Positions 50,000 to 60,203 of a stretch of 64,000 nucleotides of DNA are shown here, one piece after another. Origin of the DNA: a virus; the IMG/VR virus record IMGVR_UViG_3300046167_000870; one strand, 5' to 3'. The notes beneath the pieces are model-generated. The model made no database searches and was not told where the DNA came from. It saw only the letters and a program-made list of their open reading frames with translations. Every line of letters begins with the position of its first letter. Position 1 is the first letter of the stretch. Made by a program: the position numbers and the translations under genes.

Positions 50000-50730
50000 T
50001 TTTTAATTATTTTAAATGTTTTAACAAATCTACCATTACTTACTTGTAATAAATAAATTGCAGATGCTAAGTCTGATAAATCCATTTGGAATGAAACGTA
50101 ACCACTAAAAAATTCCCTTGTAGTTGATTTCATTAATGTTCCGTTATACGTAATTACTCTTATTGTATAAGAACCATTATCCGGTACTGTTAATTCAAAT
50201 GTTAATGGACCTTTTACTGGGACAGGATATACTATACCATAAATGCCATCTGCTGGTTGTGTATCAAATGGAAGAGACATTTTATTAACATATCCATCTG
50301 TGTTATCAACATCAATATCCCACCCTAAATCTGTACCTGCTGTTTTTCTTCCTATGGTAATTGGTATTTCAGTCCAATTTTGATCAATAACTTTAAATCT
50401 TACTGTAAATAACTCAGTTGTATTACTTATAGTAAAGTTACCAAAAGAGGCATCATAACCTCCCCATCTTACTGTTTCACCTTCCCAATCCTGTGTATAT
50501 GTTAACCATTCTTGTGCCTTAGCTGTTACAGTAATTTCCTCAAATTCTAAATATTGAGAATCAAATTCTAAAGCAAATTCTAAACTTCCAACTGTTTCTC
50601 CTGATGTTTCAATTTCTACAGGTAAATTAATATATTCACTAACAGGAACCTCAATCTCAGGTACGTTAAATACGACCTGAGAATGAGCTACTGTTGTTAT
50701 GGTTAGTAAAAATATTAATAGTTGTTTCAT
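49996..50730 (-). CDS. Cohesin-like domain + T9SS (Por) C-terminal sorting domain
   Basis: Signal peptide; LPVEI..VGSLEFALEFDSQYLEF; IVYPVP...DLSDLASAIYLLQV...KTFKIIKK. Confidence 0.8.
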   Translation of the reverse strand: MKQLLIFLLTITTVAHSQVVFNVPEIEVPVSEYINLPVEIETSGETVGSLEFALEFDSQYLEFEEITVTAKAQEWLTYTQDWEGETVRWGGYDASFGNFTISNTTELFTVRFKVIDQNWTEIPITIGRKTAGTDLGWDIDVDNTDGYVNKMSLPFDTQPADGIYGIVYPVPVKGPLTFELTVPDNGSYTIRVITYNGTLMKSTTREFFSGYVSFQMDLSDLASAIYLLQVSNGRFVKTFKIIKK

Positions 50731-50733
50731 TTA

Positions 50734-51816
50734 TTAATTTAACCCTGTTCCATTTGCATCACCTAATACTAATATGTAGAAATTACCTGTTGTAGTTCCA
50801 TTTATATTTGGTGATAAGAATTCTGCTAGACCTGGTATTGAGCTAGACTGATCTGAAGTTGCATTATTAATAGTATTGTACTGTGCTTCAGTGAAGAACA
50901 ATACATCTGGATTATTAGCGTAACTTGTACCATTAGTTGCTAATCTAGCAAACAGTAAATAAGAATCTGATACTGTAACTCCATTTGCTTGATTTGGATT
51001 TGCAGTATAAAATTGTATACCTGATGTTGCTTGTGCTCCTGCTGCTATTTGAGCAATCATATTAGCATCAGCTGTTGATAATGCTGTACTTGCATTTAAC
51101 CCACTTGCAATTTTAAGTCTAATTTGCCAGAAAGCTTGGTCTAGATTTGCTGAGAATGTTGCTTTTCCATCTGCTCCAGTTGTTACTGTAGATACATTTG
51201 TCCAAGAACTACCATCTGAAGATTTTTGTAAAATTACAGGGATCGATTGAGCTGGATTAGAAGGACTATTTAGAATAGTTGCTACATAATCAAATGCTGG
51301 TTCTGTAAAGTTACCACCATTATCAGAAGTACCTAAGGTAGCATCAGTACCATCAGCTTTTGCATAATAAGCAGTTAAGTTATTAGTAAAATCAATGTCA
51401 GCAACTGCACCATTAGTATAACTAGATTTAAATGGTAATGAAACATCAAACATATTACCTGCAGTAATGTCAAAAGTAGTAGTGGCACCAGTATAAGCCC
51501 ATACAACTTTTACTATACCATTTGCTATACTTGTAGATAAATAAGCATCAGTACCTGAGGTGTTGTTATAAGTTACAGTTGGAGGATCAAATACACTTGT
51601 ATCATAGTTAAAAGAAAATTGAATACCTTTTACTTTGGTACCTGAAGTATTGTCATAATAAAGATCAACTACAGTTGGATTTGAAGAATTAGTAGATTCT
51701 AAAGCATAACTCGAATCAAGAATCACATAAGGCTTACTAGCATCAGGTGATGTTGTTTGTGCATTAATTGTAGTTGTTAGCATTAACCCTGCTAACAAGA
51801 AGAGTAGTTTTTTCAT
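50734..51816 (-). CDS. Secreted cohesin-like + Ig-like + dockerin-like protein
   Basis: Signal peptide; VKGIQFSFNYD; TTGADGKATF; STADA.MI / ANPNQANGVTVSDSYLL; LGDANG. Confidence 0.7.
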   Translation of the reverse strand: MKKLLFLLAGLMLTTTINAQTTSPDASKPYVILDSSYALESTNSSNPTVVDLYYDNTSGTKVKGIQFSFNYDTSVFDPPTVTYNNTSGTDAYLSTSIANGIVKVVWAYTGATTTFDITAGNMFDVSLPFKSSYTNGAVADIDFTNNLTAYYAKADGTDATLGTSDNGGNFTEPAFDYVATILNSPSNPAQSIPVILQKSSDGSSWTNVSTVTTGADGKATFSANLDQAFWQIRLKIASGLNASTALSTADANMIAQIAAGAQATSGIQFYTANPNQANGVTVSDSYLLFARLATNGTSYANNPDVLFFTEAQYNTINNATSDQSSSIPGLAEFLSPNINGTTTGNFYILVLGDANGTGLN

Positions 51817-51851
51817 CGTAGTGTATGTTTTTTTATTATAAATATGTAGGG

Positions 51852-53033
51852 CTAGTTCTTATGTCCAGCTCTTATTACATAGAATATAGTAGAGTCTCCA
51901 TTATTTCTATCAAATAGACTATAACTCCCATATCCAAAACTTTCAGATTTGTCATCAGTATCTGTATCTAAAGGATCCCAATAAAATGGAGTTTGCTGAT
52001 AATGAAAAACTTTTGTAGAAGGAGTAGTATTAGCATATTGTGTAAATATACCATTCATATAAGCTAACATAGAATATAAATCTGCAACACTAAATTTCCC
52101 GTCATTATTAACATCCATTCTCCAATAATCTTTAGAATTATAAACCCCACTAATTAATTTAGTAGTAAAGTAACTGACATCATTTAGGGTAGGTATTGAT
52201 AATGCAGGCTGTACTACATCAATAGTGTAGTCATAGCTATTATAATCTAAAGTAGTGTTAAAGGAGTAATAACCATTTGAGTCTGTGGTTGTAGTAGCTT
52301 GAGTTGTATATGAGAAACCAACTTGATTTTTGTTTTGGGTTTTCAGCTGTACTGTAACTCCAGATAAGGCTTCTTCTTCTGCTCCATAAACATATCCAGT
52401 ATGAGTTATAGGGTCAATAGGTTCAGTAGTAGACCATTCTGCAAATGGATGACCGGGACTGAGTTGATTATAGCTACTACCATTCGGTATTTTATATTGG
52501 AAATTTGCAGCACCTATACCACCAAAATTTTGAATTCTATATTCAAACTCATACCATGTATTTTTATCTAGGGTTGCCGTACCATAAGCCCATACATTCC
52601 AACCATAATGTTTAGTAACTATATCATTAGTCTTACCAATACCTTTAATCATAAACTCATGTGAGTCATCAGTAAATGTTCTAAATGAATATACGCCTGA
52701 TTTATTAGGTTTAAACCAACCAGAATAGATAATTGCATACTCTTTGAGTACTCCCATCTTGGTGGGATTCCATAGTTGATAAGGGGTATGATTACCACCT
52801 CTTGGGCCTTGATAACTTGTTATATCTACAGGTCCTTCTGTATAGAGTGTAGTACCACCATCAGCAAGATTAACCATGTTATCAAATTCTGTATGGCTGT
52901 TAGCATTACCTGTATAATACTGACCTGAGTTACTACCACCATAATGAGTCTTAAGTGACCTTATGTTTACTGTAGTTTGTGCATTTATAAATCCACTAAT
53001 TAAAATAAAAAAACAAAGTATTCTGGTTTTCAT
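51852..53033 (-). CDS. Secreted PA14-like + Ig-like + dockerin-like protein
   Basis: Signal peptide; YSGWFKP..SG.YSFRTFTDD (PA14); TTTDSNGYYSF; DVNNDGKFSVADL. Confidence 0.75.
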   Translation of the reverse strand: MKTRILCFFILISGFINAQTTVNIRSLKTHYGGSNSGQYYTGNANSHTEFDNMVNLADGGTTLYTEGPVDITSYQGPRGGNHTPYQLWNPTKMGVLKEYAIIYSGWFKPNKSGVYSFRTFTDDSHEFMIKGIGKTNDIVTKHYGWNVWAYGTATLDKNTWYEFEYRIQNFGGIGAANFQYKIPNGSSYNQLSPGHPFAEWSTTEPIDPITHTGYVYGAEEEALSGVTVQLKTQNKNQVGFSYTTQATTTTDSNGYYSFNTTLDYNSYDYTIDVVQPALSIPTLNDVSYFTTKLISGVYNSKDYWRMDVNNDGKFSVADLYSMLAYMNGIFTQYANTTPSTKVFHYQQTPFYWDPLDTDTDDKSESFGYGSYSLFDRNNGDSTIFYVIRAGHKN

Positions 53034-53038
53034 GTTAT

Positions 53039-54751
53039 TTATCCATCACAGCTGATGCAATCTGCCATTCTAGATCCTAAATCACCTTTGATTACTGAAT
53101 CAGTTCGTAGGTAATATAAAGTTTTTACACCTAATTTCCAAGCTTCCATATGAACCTGATTAATCCATTTAGGAGAATCATTAGGGTCAAATGATAAGTT
53201 TAAAGATTGAGTTTGATCTATATATTTTTGTCTTTCAGCTGCTTGTTTTACTAATTCTAATTGATTTGTTTCTGAGAAGGTTAAAAATACTTCTTTTTCT
53301 TCTGCAGATAGTATATTATCTGGTAAACCTAATACTGATCCACCTTCTTGTAGCATTTGATCCCACCATTTAGTTTTATTTTGTCCTTTTTCTTCAAGTA
53401 ATGCTTCTAATACTTTATTTTTTCTAATAAAAGTACCTTTAGCACCATTAAAAGTATAAACATTAGCAGGTAGGGGTTCAATTCCTGCACTAATACCACC
53501 ACAAATAACAGAATTTGATACTGTTGGGGCTACTGCTAATAAGTGAGTATTTCTCATACCAGTTCCTCTACACCATAATGGTTCTCCATATTCAGCTGCT
53601 AAATTCATAGATGCTGATTCTGCTTTACTTCTAATTTTATTAAAAATATTTCTAGTATGAACTGTAGATGCTACAGAATTAAATGGTAATCCTTTTTGTT
53701 GAAGGAAAGTATGCCATCCCATTACACCTAAACCTAAAGCTCTACCTTTAGCTGCATGTTTATGAGTTCGTTTTAAACTTTCTTTACCATTTGATTTATC
53801 AATAAATTCTTGCATTACACCATCTAAAAACCAAATTGCAGTCTCAATACAATCTGTGTCTTTATATTCTTCCCACTTAGCTAAATTAAGAGAAGATAAA
53901 CAACAAATAAATGAGTGTTCTTCATCTGTAAATAATGTAATTTCAGAACAAATGTTAGTCATAGAAACATCTAAATTATGCATTCTATAAGCTATAGGGT
54001 TATTTTTATTTACATTATCCTTGTACATAATGTAAGGTTCACCTGTTTCCATTCTTGATTTTAAAACAGTAGCCCATCTATTCATTGCTTCTGGGTCTCT
54101 TGCTTCTAATTTCCTCATAAATGAATCTCCTACAACAACACATTGATGTAAGTTTAAACATTGTCTATTTGGATCACCCTTCGGTCTACGAATTTGCATA
54201 AATTCTTCAATATCACCATGTTCAATATCTAAATTAACTGATGCTGCTCCTCTTCTTACATTTCCTTGATTAGTTGCAATAATTGATGAATCATAAATTT
54301 TAGCCCAAGGTACTACACCTTCACTCTTACCATTACCTGAAATATATTCTCCACGTTGTCTAATACGAGATAACGAAATACCTACACCTCCGCCGGATGC
54401 TGTTAATTTCATTAGTTCTGCGTTAGTTAAACCGATTCCACGTATTGAATCTGGCGTATCAATACCAAAACATGATATTGGTAAACCTCTATCAGTTCCC
54501 ATATTTGATATAACAGGAGATGCTAATCCAATCCAACCATTCCAAATATATTTAAAGAATTTATTTGCTAATTCTGGTTTTTTTAGTCTAGCTGCTGAAG
54601 CATTTGCTACTCTTTTATATGCTGTTCTTACAGTTTCTCCAGGTAGTAAATAACCTTTTGAAATTGTTGCTAAAGAAATTTCATCCATCCATATTGGGTA
54701 TTGCTTTCCAGCTTCCCAATTACTATAATCTACTTGTAAGTTATTATCCAT
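53039..54751 (-). CDS. nrdA: Class I ribonucleotide reductase alpha subunit
   Basis: PISCF, TNICSEI, APT.SNS, TLYY.R, C-terminal CISC; likely start MDNNLQ. Confidence 0.95.
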   Translation of the reverse strand: MDNNLQVDYSNWEAGKQYPIWMDEISLATISKGYLLPGETVRTAYKRVANASAARLKKPELANKFFKYIWNGWIGLASPVISNMGTDRGLPISCFGIDTPDSIRGIGLTNAELMKLTASGGGVGISLSRIRQRGEYISGNGKSEGVVPWAKIYDSSIIATNQGNVRRGAASVNLDIEHGDIEEFMQIRRPKGDPNRQCLNLHQCVVVGDSFMRKLEARDPEAMNRWATVLKSRMETGEPYIMYKDNVNKNNPIAYRMHNLDVSMTNICSEITLFTDEEHSFICCLSSLNLAKWEEYKDTDCIETAIWFLDGVMQEFIDKSNGKESLKRTHKHAAKGRALGLGVMGWHTFLQQKGLPFNSVASTVHTRNIFNKIRSKAESASMNLAAEYGEPLWCRGTGMRNTHLLAVAPTVSNSVICGGISAGIEPLPANVYTFNGAKGTFIRKNKVLEALLEEKGQNKTKWWDQMLQEGGSVLGLPDNILSAEEKEVFLTFSETNQLELVKQAAERQKYIDQTQSLNLSFDPNDSPKWINQVHMEAWKLGVKTLYYLRTDSVIKGDLGSRMADCISCDG

Positions 54752-54752
54752 A

Positions 54753-55739
54753 TTAAAATATTGATGCGGCATCCCAATTTTGAACACCTTTACTATAATT
54801 TGTTACTCTATTTGCAAAGAAATCTGTATGTTGTTTTCCACCTGATAAATTATCAAACCAACTCATTCTTTGTACTGCTTCTTTATCTATTCCGTTTACA
54901 ATTGGTCCATATCCTAAATCACTCATTTTAGTATTTACTCTATGTTTAATAAATGAAATTAAATCATATTTAGGACAACCTTGTAAATCTCCCATTTCAT
55001 ACACTTTATCAATAAAATCTAATTCTAGTTTTAAAGATAACTTAGCTGCTTCTTCAATATCAGCTTGTAATTCTGGTGTATTAAATTCTGGGTGTTCTTG
55101 CATTAGTGTTCTAAATAACCAACATCCTGCTTCAGAATGTAATGATTCATCTCTAATACTCCACTCTACAATCTGTCCTACTCCTTTAAGTTTATTATCT
55201 AATTTAAAAGAAAGTAATACTGCAAAAGAAGAAAATAAATTTACACCTTCTGTAAATGCAGAAAAGATTGCTAATGATTTAGCTCTTTCATGCCAGTTAG
55301 GAGTACCATCATGAGAATCTCTTACTTGCATTAATGTTTCTATTTTATTCATTGTTGCTTCATCTTCTAAAAATTCAGCAAAATTATCTAATCCTAATTC
55401 CTCATTTAATAAAGAATAGGCTTCTGCATGAATAGTTTCAAAAGCACCAAATGTAACAGCCATTTTAATTACTTCTGGTTTTCTAAACCATTTAGTAACT
55501 AATGTTGACCAATAATCATTTACTACAGTTTCAGTTTGAGCAAATCCTTTTAATATAGTTCCTATAATATTCTTTTCAGAATCAGTAAGATTCTGTTTCC
55601 AATCATTAACATCAGACATCATAGGTACTTCTGTATGTAACCAATGTGCTTGTTGTTGTTTTAACCAATAATCCGATGCCTCCTGATATTCAAAGGGTTT
55701 GTAAACGATACGTTCTTGTAATAATGATGTTTTTGCCAT
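54753..55739 (-). CDS. nrdB: Class I ribonucleotide reductase beta subunit
   Basis: ETIHAEAY, EGVNLFSSF, RDESLH, DFF..RVTNY. Confidence 0.95.
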   Translation of the reverse strand: MAKTSLLQERIVYKPFEYQEASDYWLKQQQAHWLHTEVPMMSDVNDWKQNLTDSEKNIIGTILKGFAQTETVVNDYWSTLVTKWFRKPEVIKMAVTFGAFETIHAEAYSLLNEELGLDNFAEFLEDEATMNKIETLMQVRDSHDGTPNWHERAKSLAIFSAFTEGVNLFSSFAVLLSFKLDNKLKGVGQIVEWSIRDESLHSEAGCWLFRTLMQEHPEFNTPELQADIEEAAKLSLKLELDFIDKVYEMGDLQGCPKYDLISFIKHRVNTKMSDLGYGPIVNGIDKEAVQRMSWFDNLSGGKQHTDFFANRVTNYSKGVQNWDAASIF

Positions 55740-55759
55740 TTTAAAATTGTTTTAATTGT

Positions 55760-57145
55760 TTATTTACTTAGTTCAAAGAAACCTGGGTCATATAACTCAC
55801 GAAGTTTCTGTTTGTCAAATTTGTCTGTGTCAGTATCAAACTTATTTGACTTAGTAGCAGGAGTGAAATTTTCTTGTTCGTCTAGATCCGTATTATAGTT
55901 ATGTACTTCAAAGTGGCCTGTAGAAGTATCTGCTTTAACAGCAAATGTTAGACCATCAGTTCCATATCTGTTTTTCATAATGTGAAATCTACCAGTTCCT
56001 TTTACTTTATCTTCTTTTTTCCTTGAAAGAGACATACAAAAGTCAGTGATCATCAGCTTATCATAAGATCCAGCTGCTTTATCTCCTTCTATAATGTCAT
56101 CATTCGAACCAGCTCTATTTACTTGAGATACTGACCAAATAGGTATGTTCAATTCTCGAGCTAGGCCTTTTGTGCTGCCATAAATATCATCAATTTCGTC
56201 CTTACGCTCCCTATTTTTACGTCCTGATGAAAGGAGGTCAACATAATCAATAATTACTAAATCAGCTTTAACTCCCATACTTTCTACTTTCTTAATATGT
56301 GATTCAACTGTTGACATAGTCGCACGACCTGTGGGGAATTCTTTAATTATTAACCTACCTGGTAATTGAGGTATGATCTCTTCTGCCTTAGGCCTAAGTA
56401 GATGAGTTTTATTAACTGGTATATTAGTGAAAAAGGCGTCATATCTTTTTCCAACATAATCTTCACCTAACTCTAAAGTATAGTGAATTACATTAAATCC
56501 TAATCTAACAGCTTCACCTCCAATAGCTACTAATGACCAAGATTTACCACCTCCTGGATTACCAAATATGAGACCAAAATCTCCATTTCCCAATCCACCT
56601 TGTAGTAAATTATTGATCTTTTCCCAAGGTGTAGGTATAGTTGTCCTCGAATTTTCTCTATACCTTTCTTCAATATCTTTAACATATTCATGTCCTACGT
56701 TTTTATCTTGTCCCGCTCTTAAAGCTCCATCAACAATATATCTAATACCATCAAAGTCGCCTGCTTTCAATAAGTCCACAGACGACATTAAGGCCTTCTT
56801 CAATTGTTGGTTTCTACAAAAATTAGTAAATTCTTCTTGTACATACTTTAAATCTTCATCAGATGATACATAAGCCTGTTTTAATTGTTCTTTAATTGAT
56901 ACTTGTAGAACATCATTATCAACTTTTTTTAACTCTACTTTTAAAACATCTAATGAAGGTGTTGTATGGTATTTATCGTAATATTTTAATATTTCTTTTA
57001 CAGCCCACTTATGTGCACTATTTTCAAAAAATTCTTCACTGATAATATCATGGATATTAACTAATAATTCTTTATGGGTAAGCAATGCTGATATTGCTTT
57101 GATTTGGAAATCAGGACCATATTGATTCAGTGTTTGTAATGTCAT
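55760..57145 (-). CDS. Replicative helicase (DnaB/T4 gp41-like)
   Basis: GNPGGGKS, TLEL, IIDYVDLL, SQVNR, KNRYG. Confidence 0.92.
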   Translation of the reverse strand: MTLQTLNQYGPDFQIKAISALLTHKELLVNIHDIISEEFFENSAHKWAVKEILKYYDKYHTTPSLDVLKVELKKVDNDVLQVSIKEQLKQAYVSSDEDLKYVQEEFTNFCRNQQLKKALMSSVDLLKAGDFDGIRYIVDGALRAGQDKNVGHEYVKDIEERYRENSRTTIPTPWEKINNLLQGGLGNGDFGLIFGNPGGGKSWSLVAIGGEAVRLGFNVIHYTLELGEDYVGKRYDAFFTNIPVNKTHLLRPKAEEIIPQLPGRLIIKEFPTGRATMSTVESHIKKVESMGVKADLVIIDYVDLLSSGRKNRERKDEIDDIYGSTKGLARELNIPIWSVSQVNRAGSNDDIIEGDKAAGSYDKLMITDFCMSLSRKKEDKVKGTGRFHIMKNRYGTDGLTFAVKADTSTGHFEVHNYNTDLDEQENFTPATKSNKFDTDTDKFDKQKLRELYDPGFFELSK

Positions 57146-57162
57146 AACCTATATTATAGTTT

Positions 57163-58203
57163 TTATTGTTTATAAATGGGGAATTGTGAAAAAATATCTT
57201 TTAACCATGTATCTAGATTTCTAATCATTCCCCCTAATTTGTCTTCATTATAAAATGAAACAAACATTTCAGCATTAAATTCAGGTAATTCCTCAACTAT
57301 TAGATCATCAATATGTTCCTTTCCTTTATCATCAATCATTGGAATACTTAAATCCATAACTTTATAATTAGTTTCAATCCGTTTTTGATCTTGGATTATG
57401 CGTGAATATACGACATGATCCTTAAATTTCCTAGCACAAATGTCAAAAATGTCATCTAATGTTAAGTCATGTGTTTTTAATTCAGGAAACTTTTTAAATA
57501 TACCTTTAGCACCTAATCCTTTTATACCTGGAATATTATCTGATTTATCCCCTAATAATACTTTATGTAATAAAAAATTCGATGGTAATAAACCTACTTT
57601 TTCTTCTACAACTTTTGGAGTATAATATTCTTTCTCCATTGGTCTATATACAATAATTTTATCAGTAACTAATTGTAAGAAATCTTTATCTGAAGATACT
57701 ATAAAACAAGTTGAATTATGTTTTTCTACTAGTTTTTCAGCTAACACGGCTATAATATCATCAGCTTCTACTTTATCCAATATAGTGGTTTTAACAGGTA
57801 ATAGCTTTAAATACTGGATTATACGCACTATTTGGTCAATTTTTGAGTCATGTTCTTCCTCTAAATTGTCAAATGCTTCCCAATTAGTAATTCGTTGTAA
57901 ATTTCTTGTACTTTTGTATTCGGAGAGCAGGTTCTTACGATTTACTGTTGAACCTGCTCCGTCGAATACTACATAAACAGATGTTGGATTTGTTTGTCTA
58001 ATCATGGCGCCTAAAGAACGAAAGAACCCTCCTAACCCTCCAATATGAACCCCATCAGGATTTACCATATTCATCATTGCAAAGTTTCTAAAAAATAGAT
58101 TTAATCCATCTAAAATTAATACTTTATCATGTCTTTTTGGAGTAGTTTCTTCCCCTTGCTCCTGAACTTCGTCCAGCAACTTAAATAAATCTTTATGCTT
58201 CAT
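57163..58203 (-). CDS. 5'-3' exonuclease / RNase H (T4 rnh-like)
   Basis: LILDG.N, VVFDG, EADDII, SSDKD, GDKSDNIPGIKG.G. Confidence 0.92.
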   Translation of the reverse strand: MKHKDLFKLLDEVQEQGEETTPKRHDKVLILDGLNLFFRNFAMMNMVNPDGVHIGGLGGFFRSLGAMIRQTNPTSVYVVFDGAGSTVNRKNLLSEYKSTRNLQRITNWEAFDNLEEEHDSKIDQIVRIIQYLKLLPVKTTILDKVEADDIIAVLAEKLVEKHNSTCFIVSSDKDFLQLVTDKIIVYRPMEKEYYTPKVVEEKVGLLPSNFLLHKVLLGDKSDNIPGIKGLGAKGIFKKFPELKTHDLTLDDIFDICARKFKDHVVYSRIIQDQKRIETNYKVMDLSIPMIDDKGKEHIDDLIVEELPEFNAEMFVSFYNEDKLGGMIRNLDTWLKDIFSQFPIYKQ

Positions 58204-58212
58204 GTTTTCTTT

Positions 58213-59286
58213 TTAAATGTCCTGAGAATCAAATAATACTGGTGTATGATCTTCTTCGTCTTCTTGGATTGTGAATGTTCCTCCTCCTAAGATTTTAGAC
58301 CATTCATCAGCATGTTCTTTTTTATATGCATTTTTATCCTTGTCAGTATCAGTAATAAAACCGTGGTTTGTCATAACAATTTTACCTCTTGATTGCATAC
58401 CATTAACGTGGTTTTTATCAATTTGTAAATTTGTTCTTTTACCCCATTCTACTTGCTTACCACCTTTAATTGCTTTAATTTTAGATGTTCCTGCATTTGA
58501 TACATTACCAAAAGTAGCTACGAAAGTTGCATCATACCACATTGCCATTCCACCTTTGTTCATCATTTTAGGTTGACCCATAGGTGATTCTGCTTTAGCA
58601 GTCCATACTTTATTAATAGCACAAAGTGTATTAGTATATGGTGATGATTCTTTACGTGACATTACAATACTTTGATTAACTGTGTTACCAAATTGTGTTG
58701 ACATTGCTCCTGCATTCCATTCATTGTTGTTTTTCAGTTTTTCAACTGACATTGCACAAGGAATAGATCCAATTGAATCCCAGAAGAACGCTAAATCATA
58801 AGGTAAATTACCTTTTTTCTGTTCATTCTGTAGATCCATAATAAATGCTGCTACGTCTTCAATTGTATGTAATGTTTCTCTATCAACATAAATGAAATTA
58901 CCTTCATAATCTACAACATTATCTTCCTCATCTTTGATTAGTTTTACTTCTAATCCCATTTGAGCGGCATGTTCCCAATTCCATTTCATCTCAGTAATTA
59001 TAAAAACAGGTAATACACCCATTTTTTGTGCTGATACTGCTGCTTCAAGTAGAGCAGTTGTTTTACCTGTATCAGAATGTCCTCTAAGTAATGAAATATG
59101 TCCCATTGGAATACCTGGTACTCCAGATATTTCCTGAAATGCAGGAGATAGTGGTATCCATTGTTGTTCCTTAAATTTGACGTTTTTATCTAAACCTTTA
59201 GTGGCTTTAAATTTATTTAAATCAAATTTTGTCTTAATCTCGGCAGACACTGCTGCCGAGAGAGACTTTGATACTTTTCTTGCCAT
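58213..59286 (-). CDS. RecA/UvsX recombinase
   Basis: GHSDTGKTT Walker A, WDSIGS, NKGG. Confidence 0.85.
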   Translation of the reverse strand: MARKVSKSLSAAVSAEIKTKFDLNKFKATKGLDKNVKFKEQQWIPLSPAFQEISGVPGIPMGHISLLRGHSDTGKTTALLEAAVSAQKMGVLPVFIITEMKWNWEHAAQMGLEVKLIKDEEDNVVDYEGNFIYVDRETLHTIEDVAAFIMDLQNEQKKGNLPYDLAFFWDSIGSIPCAMSVEKLKNNNEWNAGAMSTQFGNTVNQSIVMSRKESSPYTNTLCAINKVWTAKAESPMGQPKMMNKGGMAMWYDATFVATFGNVSNAGTSKIKAIKGGKQVEWGKRTNLQIDKNHVNGMQSRGKIVMTNHGFITDTDKDKNAYKKEHADEWSKILGGGTFTIQEDEEDHTPVLFDSQDI

Positions 59287-59288
59287 AT

Positions 59289-60128
59289 TTAGAAAGGAAG
59301 ATCATCTGGTTCGTTACTCTTTTTATCATCAAATAATGTATCAAAAGCATCTGCTTTATTTTTCTTAACATTATCTTTTGTAGTATCTAAACTAAAATTA
59401 GACTTAGCTGGTGTTTCAACTGCAGCAGGTGTAACATCACCATCTGTATCATCATTAGTTTCTGGCGCTAACCACTTTTCTAATGCTGACTTCATTTCAT
59501 CAAAAGTAAATTGTTTGAATTCTTTTGTTGGGTTTGGTTGATCTGAAATCCACTTATCAACTAATTCAGCATCATCACTTAATGGAGTTTCTTTTAATCT
59601 AACTCTCACTGATGATTTATTATACTGAGTACCTGTTGATTCTGGTCCTACTGTTTCAATTGTAAGATCTCTACCTGAAACGATATCAGTGTAATCTCCA
59701 ATTTCATCATCTACAGCTAGTGAAAGTAATTCTTCATATATTAGCTTTCCGAATTGCCATAGTCGAACTCCTTTGTCCTCCTCTCCTCTAACAATAACCG
59801 GAGCAAAAATTCTAGTTTTTGCATCTAACTTTTTAGCAAGTAGATAATTTTCTTTGCTATATTCTTCTCTAAGTTTACTAGCGAATAAAGCAATCGGGTC
59901 TTTTTCACCCCAAGTTTCAGGTGATAACATCACCTTGTTTGTAATACCATAATAGAATTTTAATTCTGTAAATGGGTTATTAGAATTAAATGCACTAGGC
60001 ACAATTCTAATTTGTTGTTTTCCTACTGTAGGTCTCCAAAATGTAAGAGAATAATCTCTTTTGGCACCACCAGCAGGTGTTTTTTGTTGGAGCGTATCCA
60101 ACTTCTGTTTAAGCATTGATAAATCCAT
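59289..60128 (-). CDS. Single-stranded DNA-binding protein (gp32-like)
   Basis: FWRP..G...IRIVP, LWQFGK, GRDL, acidic C-terminus DDLPF. Confidence 0.8.
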   Translation of the reverse strand: MDLSMLKQKLDTLQQKTPAGGAKRDYSLTFWRPTVGKQQIRIVPSAFNSNNPFTELKFYYGITNKVMLSPETWGEKDPIALFASKLREEYSKENYLLAKKLDAKTRIFAPVIVRGEEDKGVRLWQFGKLIYEELLSLAVDDEIGDYTDIVSGRDLTIETVGPESTGTQYNKSSVRVRLKETPLSDDAELVDKWISDQPNPTKEFKQFTFDEMKSALEKWLAPETNDDTDGDVTPAAVETPAKSNFSLDTTKDNVKKNKADAFDTLFDDKKSNEPDDLPF

Positions 60129-60173
60129 AATTTAATAACTTTTTTTAATTATAACTGTTTTAAATGTAACACC

Positions 60174-60203
60174 AATATACGAAGCCAAATTTGGGGAGCC
60201 AAA
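60174..60203 (-). promoter_or_regulatory. Class I promoter motif
   Basis: aatatacga...gggagccaaa upstream of ssb. Confidence 0.65.

Noticed and set aside
53039-59286. Inteins or introns in nrdA, nrdB, helicase or recA
   Set aside because: Lengths are compact and motifs contiguous
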